From: a virus
Virus record (IMG/VR): IMGVR_UViG_3300008050_008966
Location: 6,721 to 70,720 of that record
Length of the DNA: 64,000 nt
Direction: 5' to 3' (one strand)
In this document: one piece after another, positions 19,412 to 27,894 of the stretch
Position numbering within the stretch: position 1 is the stretch's first letter
How the letters are laid out: every line of letters begins with the position of its first letter
The notes under the pieces: model-generated
The model's input: the letters and a program-made list of their open reading frames with translations, nothing else
The model's database searches: none
Told to the model about the DNA's origin: nothing
Made by a program: the position numbers and the translations under genes

Positions 19412-20241
19412 ATATTGGAATAATAGGAAATGGATTTGTTGGATCTGCAATTGCTTCAGGCTTTGGTTTACATGGAGATGTGTTAATTTATGACGCGGCA
19501 CCTGAAAAAAGCCTCAATTCATTTGAAGAAGTGGTGGCAGCAGCTTTTGTTTTTATTTGTGTTCCGACGCCAATGAGCTTGGAAAAAGAAAATGAAATTG
19601 ATTTGAATATTGTCAATTCTGTTTTTGATAGAATTTCTAGATATGAAAAATTAAACAAAGAGACTGTTTTTATTTTAAAATCTACTGTTATTCCCGGGAC
19701 AACTTTAGATTTATCCAAGAAATACAGTAACTTAAACATCGTATTTAATCCAGAATTTTTGACTGAGCGCTCCGCAAGACTGGATTTTATCAATGCTTCT
19801 CGTATTGTTCTTGGTGGCCCACAGCGTTTGTGTAATAAAGTTGAAGAATTATATCGTACTAGATTTCCTCATACAAAGATTATTAAAACAGACAGCATGA
19901 CGGCAGAGTTTATAAAATATCTTTGCAATACTTTTTTTACTACTAAAGTTAGTTTTATGAATGAAATGAAACAGTTAAGTGATAAATTAGATCTAGATTG
20001 GGATAAAGCCATGGATGGTTTTATATCAGATGGAAGAGTTGGCAATTCTCATCTGGATGTTCCAGGTCACGATGGGAGTCCAGGTTTTGGTGGAAAATGC
20101 TTTCCTAAAGATATCAATGCTTTAATTAATTTTTATAAGAAAAATGAAATCGATCCAAAGATTTTAATCGCTGCCTGGGAAAAGAATCTAGAAGTTAGAA
20201 AGAATCATGATTGGAACAAGATTGAAGGTGCGACGAGTTGA
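19408..20241 (+). CDS. ugd: UDP-glucose/GDP-mannose dehydrogenase family protein, short form
   Basis: IGIIGNGFVG, FICVPTP, KSTVIPGTT, NPEFL, KYLCNTF, GFGGKCFPKD. Confidence 0.85.
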   Translation: MNIGIIGNGFVGSAIASGFGLHGDVLIYDAAPEKSLNSFEEVVAAAFVFICVPTPMSLEKENEIDLNIVNSVFDRISRYEKLNKETVFILKSTVIPGTTLDLSKKYSNLNIVFNPEFLTERSARLDFINASRIVLGGPQRLCNKVEELYRTRFPHTKIIKTDSMTAEFIKYLCNTFFTTKVSFMNEMKQLSDKLDLDWDKAMDGFISDGRVGNSHLDVPGHDGSPGFGGKCFPKDINALINFYKKNEIDPKILIAAWEKNLEVRKNHDWNKIEGATS

Positions 20242-21104
20242 GAACATTAGTAACCGGCGGAGAAGGCTTTGTCGGATCAAATCTGATAAAACATTTAGTA
20301 AAACAAGATGAGATTCATAGTGTTTTTAGTTTAGACAATCGTTTCACTAGTAGCAAAGATAACTTAGTTAAAGATAAGAAGGTAAGTTACTGGACCGGCA
20401 ATACTTCTAATATTAGCAAAATCCTAATGAATTGGGATTTTGATGTTGTTTTTCATTTCGGGGAATATTCCAGAATAGATCCCAGCTTTGATGATTTAGA
20501 CAAAGTTTTTGATTATAATATGAAAGGAACTTGGGAAGTAATAAATTTTTGTAAAAAAAAGAAGATATCTATGGTATACTCAGGTTCAAGCAGTAAATTT
20601 GGACATGACAAAAATCAACATTTATCTCCATATGCTTGGACAAAAGCAAAAAATACAGAGATAATTAAAAACTTTTCTGATTGGTTTGGGTTAGAGTATA
20701 AAATTTTATATTTTCACAATGTTTACGGCCCGGGCCAAATTATGGAAGGAAAATACGCAACAGTTATAGGAATATTTGAAAAACAAGTGAACAACAACGA
20801 ACCAATAACAGTAGTATCCCCGGGCACTCAAAGAAGAGATTTTACTCACGTCGACGATATTGTCGATGGGATCTGGAAAGCATATAAAAATGCCCCCCCG
20901 AATACAGAATTTAGCCTAGGCACCGGTACGAATTATTCAATAATGGAAATAGCCGAAGCATTTGACCATACTATCGAAGTAATACCCCCTAAAAGAGGCG
21001 AGAGACACACTTCCATAGCCGACATAGAGAACACAACAAAAGTCTTAAAATGGCAGCCTAAAATAGATGTCATAGAATACATTAAAAACCAAAGGAGAAA
21101 ATAA
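20238..21104 (+). CDS. NAD-dependent epimerase/dehydratase
   Basis: TTG start; LVTGGEGFVG, YSGSSS, PYAWTK (YxxxK), NVYGPG, RDFTHVDDIV. Confidence 0.9.
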   Translation: MRTLVTGGEGFVGSNLIKHLVKQDEIHSVFSLDNRFTSSKDNLVKDKKVSYWTGNTSNISKILMNWDFDVVFHFGEYSRIDPSFDDLDKVFDYNMKGTWEVINFCKKKKISMVYSGSSSKFGHDKNQHLSPYAWTKAKNTEIIKNFSDWFGLEYKILYFHNVYGPGQIMEGKYATVIGIFEKQVNNNEPITVVSPGTQRRDFTHVDDIVDGIWKAYKNAPPNTEFSLGTGTNYSIMEIAEAFDHTIEVIPPKRGERHTSIADIENTTKVLKWQPKIDVIEYIKNQRRK

Positions 21105-21310
21105 TGTTTAAACTTTCAGATGAGGCGCTCGGCGCAGTTATGATGGCACTACAGAAATCACTTTTGGAGCAGAGCGATATTGTTCCTGTACTAAAAGGTT
21201 TTGATTTCAAAACCAATGAGAAAAACGAATTATTCGTAATGAATCCACCTATAGTTAAGATGAGTCCCGATGATTATGAAGCAGTAATTGCTGCGAAAGA
21301 TGATGCCTAA
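21104..21310 (+). CDS. hypothetical protein (68 aa)
   Basis: AGGAG SD upstream; TAATG coupling with the previous gene. Confidence 0.7.
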   Translation: MFKLSDEALGAVMMALQKSLLEQSDIVPVLKGFDFKTNEKNELFVMNPPIVKMSPDDYEAVIAAKDDA

Positions 21311-21578
21311 ATATTTTTACAAATGTTTAGATTGTGATCATAGGTTCTTTATATATCACGGAATGAAAGAGCTGCTATCCGATTGCCCACAATGTGAAAA
21401 AACAGATTCTTTAATAAAAGAGATTAATAAAATTATGCTTAAAAAATCGAATAGCAGTGATAACAAAACTGGTGATTTAACAAAACAATATATTGAAGAT
21501 AACAAAGAGCTTTTAAAGAGTTATAGAGAAGAGCTACAAGGAGTGAATTACGATGATGACAAAAATATTTCTGATTAG
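21303..21578 (+). CDS. FmdB-like zinc-ribbon protein
   Basis: MPKYFYKCLDCDHRF...CPQC; start taken at the MPxY methionine. Confidence 0.75.
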   Translation: MPKYFYKCLDCDHRFFIYHGMKELLSDCPQCEKTDSLIKEINKIMLKKSNSSDNKTGDLTKQYIEDNKELLKSYREELQGVNYDDDKNISD

Positions 21579-21972
21579 TTCTATAATACTTAATTCTTTT
21601 TTATTGATATATTTATTTGGTTTGGTGCCTTTTTTGTTGTTCCTCTCTATCACAGGAAACGTATCTATAATCGTATATACGCGATTTTTATTAGATGACC
21701 GGGTAAAGGTACGAAACGATTTTAATGCTTTGATGCTAAAAATAGAGAATTTTTTAGTTCACTTGTCGAGTATATATGAACTAGAGATGTTTTATGGCGA
21801 CGATACATTGCACGCCTTGATTAATCATTCAAAGAGATTAATAAGTGACTTTTATGATTATGAGGAAGAATATTTCGCCAACCGCGAAGAGGAAGATACT
21901 ATAATATATGATGCAACAGAAGAAGAAGAGAACAAAGAAAAAGAAGAATTTATATTTCACGAAGGTCCATGA
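21553..21972 (+). CDS. hypothetical membrane protein with an acidic C-terminus
   Basis: Long hydrophobic N-terminus; LEMFYGDDTL; Glu-rich tail. Confidence 0.6.
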   Translation: MMTKIFLISSIILNSFLLIYLFGLVPFLLFLSITGNVSIIVYTRFLLDDRVKVRNDFNALMLKIENFLVHLSSIYELEMFYGDDTLHALINHSKRLISDFYDYEEEYFANREEEDTIIYDATEEEENKEKEEFIFHEGP

Positions 21973-22618
21973 AGACGCCATAATAAAATATGCCTCTACC
22001 GAATGTAACAAAATACGTACGAAACTTTACAACGATTACATCGGGCCAGCGTTCAATGAATTGGTTGATAAAATAGTCTATACCTATAAGTTTACTAATC
22101 TTCCCAATATAGACTATTTGAAGGATGATTGTAAGATTTGGCTGACTACAATATTGAACAAGTATGATCCAAGTAGAAAATCAAAGGCTTTTTCTTATTT
22201 TAGTGTTATAACCAAGAACTGGTTTATACATAAAGTTAAAAAAAATTCAAAGAGCCTACAAAGAGAAGTTTGTTATGAAGACTTAACTACAAGTGGCAAA
22301 ATTGAAAGTCATCGATCTTTGATTATTGAAAATCAATATGAGAATGAGCGTCAAAAAGAAGAATTCATGTTTTATTTGAAGAGCGAAATTGATAATTGGG
22401 AAAAGCTAAATCTTAAAGATAACGAACGCCGCGTTTTGGAGGCCATTAAGATTCTTTTTGAAAGTATTGATGATATTGAAATTTTTAATAAAAAAGCTAT
22501 TTATCTATATATTCGTGAGATAACTGGACTTAACACCAAGCAGGTTGTTAATAACTTAAATAAAATGCGCGCACGCTATAGAGATTTTAAAACAAAGTGG
22601 AATGAGGGAAACATTTGA
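21908..22618 (+). CDS. phage late-transcription sigma factor-like protein (T4 gp55-like)
   Basis: Basic N-terminus then YFT; sigma region-2-like KYDPSRKSKAFSYFSVITKNWF; placed just before the structural module. Confidence 0.65.
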   Translation: MMQQKKKRTKKKKNLYFTKVHEDAIIKYASTECNKIRTKLYNDYIGPAFNELVDKIVYTYKFTNLPNIDYLKDDCKIWLTTILNKYDPSRKSKAFSYFSVITKNWFIHKVKKNSKSLQREVCYEDLTTSGKIESHRSLIIENQYENERQKEEFMFYLKSEIDNWEKLNLKDNERRVLEAIKILFESIDDIEIFNKKAIYLYIREITGLNTKQVVNNLNKMRARYRDFKTKWNEGNI

Positions 22619-22930
22619 ATGAGTCGGAAGAAAATAAATAATGATTTAGAAACCTTAATTAACGAATCCCTAGATAATATCAGGCAAGATCGAGCCATAG
22701 CCTCAACACTTTTAATTGACTTGGTTAATCATATTAAGGGCAACAAGCACGAACACAAAGAAACTGGACAAGTTGCCGCGAAATATCTGGAAACCCTGCA
22801 GAGATCAAATGAGCAGCTAGTCAAACTTAATTCACTTTTATTTAAAAAATCTTCAATATCACAAGGCTTGACAGCAGTAGACAAAGACGAATTATATGAT
22901 TTAATTAACAAGGCGGAGGATGAAACTTAA
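22619..22930 (+). CDS. hypothetical helical protein (103 aa)
   Basis: Directly coupled to both neighbours; no confident family. Confidence 0.7.
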   Translation: MSRKKINNDLETLINESLDNIRQDRAIASTLLIDLVNHIKGNKHEHKETGQVAAKYLETLQRSNEQLVKLNSLLFKKSSISQGLTAVDKDELYDLINKAEDET

Positions 22931-25441
22931 ATGTCCGGCACCCCTCCAAGAACACCGCTAGATCGAATTTGCGGTGCTGGATCCCTAAATCCCGCCTGCG
23001 CGGCTGATACAAACACTCATGTACGTCGTGAAACGACAACTGGATTCGGTACATTGCGTGAAATCATCGATGATCGATTTAAAAAAGATCTAACTGCTGG
23101 TGTTGAGAGATACCGAGCAATCGTTTTGCATGTAAAAGGCCAAGTAGTCAGTGCTGGAAAACAACAAGTAGGCGGCACAGCACAAAACATGAATGATATG
23201 TTGTATGGCCAGGCTTCAAAATCAAGAAAAGTTCAAATAAAAGCTGTAATACCAGAATTAGATCCTCGCCCCCTTCCCATAGTACTTCCAAATGACCAAT
23301 CTCAGAAAGCTGATTGGGAAAGAATAAGATGGTTTCCAACATTTACTGCAACAAATGCATCCGTGCCCCGCCCAAAACCCGGTGATATTGTTTGGGTTAC
23401 TTTTGAAGATCGTATAAATTTTAAAAATGGTGTTTATTTAGCTCCGGATATTGTTGGTTCAGTTGAGCCGGCCCTCACAGCAGAAACGTTAAAGACATTT
23501 AAAAAAGAATGTGAATTTTGTGCTGCAGGCCCCGAAGGCGAAGAATTGGGTGTCGAGGCGTGGAGACAATTTGTTGAGGCTGCAAATGTTATACCAGTTA
23601 ATTTAAATGTTTCCGCTACAAAAGGCACAATTCCTGTTGGCAAAGGGGTTTTTACAGGACTTTATTCGCCGACATTGCAGATGAATCCCATTGAGGATAT
23701 AAAAAATGCATTTATAAGCTGGGTATGCTTTAGAGATGTTGATATTCCTGATGAGAAATTGAGTTCCGGCGAGTTCGTAAAGCCTATCGGAGAACAGAAA
23801 ATTGTATCTCCGATTTATTCTAGCGGCATGGGCCAGACAAAAAGAAAAACAAAACAATTTGTTGATAAATACCACAAAAACGGTATTAAAGCGTTTATGT
23901 TGGCCAGAGCGCCCAATCTTATTGTAGGTTTGCGCCCGCACCGGAATTCCGATTGGAAAGCGGGAGGTGGAGCTAAATATTCCAAAATACTTGATAATTA
24001 TGCAGACAAGATTGTCGATCGCGCTGCTGAGCTTGGCGTAATCGGCATTGTGATTGAGGTAACTGATCGGACTGGCTATTGGCAGCGCGCCACCCGGCAA
24101 GGGATTGACCCCACGCTCGGCGCCGCGGGAGGAGGAGAGAACCTGATCAGCGCCGGCTCGGTGGCAATGCCCCAGATAGAAGAATTAACACATTTTTGGA
24201 AAAGAGTTTTTAATAATGCTAAAAAAACCGGCATGTCCGTTGGACTTTCAATTTCAAATTTTGAGTGGCCATCTTCCACTTCTCAAGCTGCTTCTGAAAT
24301 AGGGCGCCCAAAAGGCTGGAGTAATTTTGCCAACTTGCCGTGGAAACATTTTTCACCAGCGGGTGGCAACACCACTGGTGCAGATTTTGTAATTCATAAT
24401 TTTGCGGCCGTACCAGAATATTATATGCCAAAACCGGATGTACAGCAGGCCGAAGGTGATCCAACCGGTCAAGGAGGCGCCGGCCGCAACATTGGAATTC
24501 CTTATTATCCTGGCGTGGAAATACAAGCTAAAATACTCAAACAACTTGGTTTTAAAAATATGATTCCAGGATTAAGTTCCGGAAGATGGATATATGAACG
24601 CTCCGATCTTGATAAAGATGGCAGATTTTCCACGACCATTTTAGATGATCAATATTCTAATATAGCTCAGGAAATGATTACTATTGGTGGTACTCCTTAT
24701 CATATGCGACAAATGACTATGCAAATAGCAGCTGCTTATCCAAATGCTGCTGGTATGATGTGGAAGCCATGGGCGCCCACCGATGTAGCAAATGAAAGCT
24801 CCCTATTACATCACAAACAAGAATGGGGAGAAAAAAGGTGGGATGTGTTGAAAGAACTTGGTGATTTGGTTAAAAGACTAGATAATCTAAATAAACTAGA
24901 TTCTGCCACAACTACGTATTCCGATTTACAAAAAAGTGCAATTCGCAGCATGGACATGTCTCAATATTTAACTGGTATAGTTACCGAATATAAAAGATTT
25001 AGAGGTTTCGGAAGAACCCAGCTTGATCTCCATGAGGAAGGAGATGGAAAGGGCCCATATGTAATAAATCGAAAAAATATTTTCCTGCCTGCAGGATATG
25101 CATCAATTGGCGAAACTATGGACAGCGTAATACAAATGTCAGAAATGCAAGGAAAAGAGAAAAGGGAAGCAAAGAAAAGAGGCTTATTTGATATACCTCT
25201 TCGCGCTCTTTGGAAAGACGATGGGGGCTTTTATACATACCATGAATTTTTTGGCAGCCCCGTCCCCGCCAATTTTGATGAAGAGATAACCAAATGGGAA
25301 ACCAAAACCAATCCGCATGAAATACCCACAACAGCTGTGGCTGATGCCATTCAGGTAGAAGAATCGGCAAAAATTGAAGACACCATGACCGCTGTGTATT
25401 CTATTTGTGAAAAATACGCCCAGCAGGCGACCGGAGGTTAA
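22931..25441 (+). CDS. putative baseplate hub/spike-associated protein (gp5/VgrG-like OB-fold N-terminus, possible glycoside-hydrolase-like central domain)
   Basis: VQIKAVIPEL...VPRPKPGDIVWVTF resembles the gp5 OB-fold; FVDKYHKNGIKAF...AAELGVIGIVIEV resembles a TIM-barrel hydrolase; GGAGG SD upstream. Confidence 0.5.
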   Translation: MSGTPPRTPLDRICGAGSLNPACAADTNTHVRRETTTGFGTLREIIDDRFKKDLTAGVERYRAIVLHVKGQVVSAGKQQVGGTAQNMNDMLYGQASKSRKVQIKAVIPELDPRPLPIVLPNDQSQKADWERIRWFPTFTATNASVPRPKPGDIVWVTFEDRINFKNGVYLAPDIVGSVEPALTAETLKTFKKECEFCAAGPEGEELGVEAWRQFVEAANVIPVNLNVSATKGTIPVGKGVFTGLYSPTLQMNPIEDIKNAFISWVCFRDVDIPDEKLSSGEFVKPIGEQKIVSPIYSSGMGQTKRKTKQFVDKYHKNGIKAFMLARAPNLIVGLRPHRNSDWKAGGGAKYSKILDNYADKIVDRAAELGVIGIVIEVTDRTGYWQRATRQGIDPTLGAAGGGENLISAGSVAMPQIEELTHFWKRVFNNAKKTGMSVGLSISNFEWPSSTSQAASEIGRPKGWSNFANLPWKHFSPAGGNTTGADFVIHNFAAVPEYYMPKPDVQQAEGDPTGQGGAGRNIGIPYYPGVEIQAKILKQLGFKNMIPGLSSGRWIYERSDLDKDGRFSTTILDDQYSNIAQEMITIGGTPYHMRQMTMQIAAAYPNAAGMMWKPWAPTDVANESSLLHHKQEWGEKRWDVLKELGDLVKRLDNLNKLDSATTTYSDLQKSAIRSMDMSQYLTGIVTEYKRFRGFGRTQLDLHEEGDGKGPYVINRKNIFLPAGYASIGETMDSVIQMSEMQGKEKREAKKRGLFDIPLRALWKDDGGFYTYHEFFGSPVPANFDEEITKWETKTNPHEIPTTAVADAIQVEESAKIEDTMTAVYSICEKYAQQATGG

Positions 25442-25445
25442 ATTT

Positions 25446-26897
25446 ATGGCTAAAGATCTTAGCGCGCTCAGGGAAAAGAAAGGTACGGCAGGAAAGCCGA
25501 AGAGCGGTTACAAACAATCAGATTCTGTGCAGGGCCATGGGCCTGATATCGATCCCAAAGATCCAGATGCTAATTGCTTAGATAAAGGCATCGATCCCGA
25601 GGCTTCTAAAGAAGCGGATCACGATATCGCAATATGTGTTTCAAAACAAAAGAAAAGGAAACAAAAGTGGTTTGAATCAGATCCTCGCCTTGAACAAGAT
25701 AATTCTGTAACGATGGCACCATTTAAGGTAACTATGTCTCGTGGAGACCCAGCCGTAACACACCGCCGTTCCGGCGAAGCGCACACCGCGGCAAAGTCTA
25801 AGGAGGATACTAAACTAATAATTTTGCATGAACCCTTAACTTGGACTCGTGAGAAGGCGATGATGTGTTTAACGGCCGCATGTTACGGAGTACACTATAC
25901 TCTTGATCTAGATGGCACTGTTCAATATCACGCAATTCCTTGGTTGGATGTGTGTGATCACGCCGGCTTTGTTAACAACCAATCAGTTGGAATTGAAGTA
26001 ATTAATCGCTTTAGCACGTATGACCACAACGGCAGGCGGATTTCAGAATCAGAGTGGCGCCAGCCTCCTGGAGGTTTAAAAACGATACCAGAATCTGGTA
26101 CAACGGAGTGGAAATCTGGTCAATTACGAACTCCTCATAACTGGACCGGTAAACGAAAAAACTGGATTTTACCACCTGAAAAACAAATGAAAGCTCTCTA
26201 TAATTTGGTTGGTAATATTATGTGGTCTATAAATTCGATTCCTAACAGCTTTCCTGGAATTGAAGCTTCTCAGCGAACTTACGGGGGTTTTTATTGGGGA
26301 AACCTAACGAAAGGCAGGAGGACCTGGTCGACGAAAGATCCTAGAAGGAAATTATTTACTGAAAAACGCAGGTTCACACCAAGCAGTCGCGATATGGAAT
26401 TCTACGGCGACCGATCTGGGCTGGGCTACAGAAACCGTGCTGGTCATCCGATTGAACATCATCACGCAGGCGGCATCGCCGCCCATGCTCATGCTGGTTC
26501 CAATCATACTGATGGACTGTTTTACGAGCATTACTTATATTTACGGATGGTGGATCCTCGCAACTTTAATCACAGTGACGCATATAAATTAACTGTTGAG
26601 GCAGCCACCAGTGTGTGTGTTACTCATAAAAATAAGGTGAAGGCATCCCAGAATACAACACATTTTCTTTTGAACGCTAGCGCAGCCCCCAAGCCTGGAC
26701 AGACGTTCCCGGCCGACTCGTCGAACGCAGGCGCAGTCGCGAACTGGAGCAATGAAACTATACAAGAGCATCTCGCAGCCGGCGGATCTCCTACGGACAT
26801 CGGCATGCCTTCATCGGGGGAAGGCCCATCTGACATGTCACCTGGCGTACGTGACCTCGAAGGCGTCCTCGGCGCAAGTAACAACGATTTGTTATAA
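25446..26897 (+). CDS. N-acetylmuramoyl-L-alanine amidase (Amidase_2-like) domain protein
   Basis: LIILHE, GVHYTLDLDGTVQYH, HAGFVNNQSVGIEVIN, PEKQMKALYNL, AHAH..TDG; start set to ATG 25446 behind GGAGGT at 25433-25438. Confidence 0.75.
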   Translation: MAKDLSALREKKGTAGKPKSGYKQSDSVQGHGPDIDPKDPDANCLDKGIDPEASKEADHDIAICVSKQKKRKQKWFESDPRLEQDNSVTMAPFKVTMSRGDPAVTHRRSGEAHTAAKSKEDTKLIILHEPLTWTREKAMMCLTAACYGVHYTLDLDGTVQYHAIPWLDVCDHAGFVNNQSVGIEVINRFSTYDHNGRRISESEWRQPPGGLKTIPESGTTEWKSGQLRTPHNWTGKRKNWILPPEKQMKALYNLVGNIMWSINSIPNSFPGIEASQRTYGGFYWGNLTKGRRTWSTKDPRRKLFTEKRRFTPSSRDMEFYGDRSGLGYRNRAGHPIEHHHAGGIAAHAHAGSNHTDGLFYEHYLYLRMVDPRNFNHSDAYKLTVEAATSVCVTHKNKVKASQNTTHFLLNASAAPKPGQTFPADSSNAGAVANWSNETIQEHLAAGGSPTDIGMPSSGEGPSDMSPGVRDLEGVLGASNNDLL

Positions 26898-26934
26898 ACA
26901 TAACTAAGCACTTTTAAGGAGCAAGACAGAAAAA

Positions 26935-27885
26935 ATGGCAGGATCTACAAAAGGAGTACAAAAAAAAGGAGTTGCTAGTGCAAAACAACGGTTTAAAGAT
27001 ACTAGCGGCGAAAATAAGAATACTGGTATTTATTGTGGCCCAATGGTCGAGGGTTTCCCTGAAATAATTGAAGGTGAGGGCCAAACATATGACCATGGTT
27101 CGAATAACACATATATATGTCAAGGCCGAGATCAGCCGCGTGATCTGAAAAGCGGCCATGGCGGAGCCGGCGAGACTCATTGTGGCATGGTTAAAATTGT
27201 TGTTGGATCTCAAGGTGTTAACGCCAAAGATGTTGACCCCAGTACTGGAAAAAAACTATATGCAGATCCTGATCCCACAAAGGACGCGGCAACAGTTTAT
27301 ATTAGTCAAACATCAGATGTTGATGATAACTTTAAAATAGCCGCCGGCACAGCCGGCAAAAGTAAAGCTAAATCTTGTATTGTTTTAAAAGCAGATGATG
27401 TTCGACATGTTTCTAGACAAGGAATTAAATTAGTAACAGGCACTGATGTTAATAACTCAAGAGATAATGAGGTATCGGTTCACTATGGGATTGACTTAAT
27501 CGGAGGCAATAACGATAGTGATATGCAAGCAATGGTTAAAGCTGGAAATTTGGTGAAGGCCCTGGAGGAACTAAATCTAGAGATTAAAAAATTAAATGGA
27601 ACTGTGGCTGGCTTTGTTCAATATCAAATGCAGTTTAACTTAGCAACAATGTTCCATTTTCATATTACACTTTTTCCGCTAATGCCCACATTGCCTGATA
27701 TATTTGTATTGCCAGCGCTCGGTGCTCCAGCGAACGGTCAGCTAGGCTCAAGAACATTTACATCACTGGCATCGCAAAAGAGTAGATTAGCTACTTGGAA
27801 ACAAAATTATTTGCAACCCCATGGTAAGGCCCCCGGCGCCGCAGGCAGAACTTATATAGGTTCGTCTTGGCACAATCTTTCGTAG
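26935..27885 (+). CDS. putative baseplate spike protein (gp5 C-terminal-like)
   Basis: AAGGAG SD; beta-rich segment (ATVYISQ, IVLKADDVRHVSRQGIKLVT), a helix, then an HxH motif (FHFHI) as at spike tips. Confidence 0.5.
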   Translation: MAGSTKGVQKKGVASAKQRFKDTSGENKNTGIYCGPMVEGFPEIIEGEGQTYDHGSNNTYICQGRDQPRDLKSGHGGAGETHCGMVKIVVGSQGVNAKDVDPSTGKKLYADPDPTKDAATVYISQTSDVDDNFKIAAGTAGKSKAKSCIVLKADDVRHVSRQGIKLVTGTDVNNSRDNEVSVHYGIDLIGGNNDSDMQAMVKAGNLVKALEELNLEIKKLNGTVAGFVQYQMQFNLATMFHFHITLFPLMPTLPDIFVLPALGAPANGQLGSRTFTSLASQKSRLATWKQNYLQPHGKAPGAAGRTYIGSSWHNLS

Positions 27886-27894
27886 GATATATTT

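Noticed and set aside
5233-21104. Bacterial O-antigen or capsule locus, i.e. a cellular chromosome
   Set aside because: No wzx/wzy/wzz or ABC exporter, and it is continuous with phage sigma, baseplate, resolvase and primase genes.
22619-22930. Small terminase or gp33-like co-activator assignment
   Set aside because: Only size and helical character fit; there is no diagnostic motif.
25407-25446. Possible frameshift joining 22931..25441 and the amidase ORF
   Set aside because: GGAGGT lies 7 nt before ATG 25446, the same stop/SD arrangement as at 49363-49374, so these are two coupled genes.
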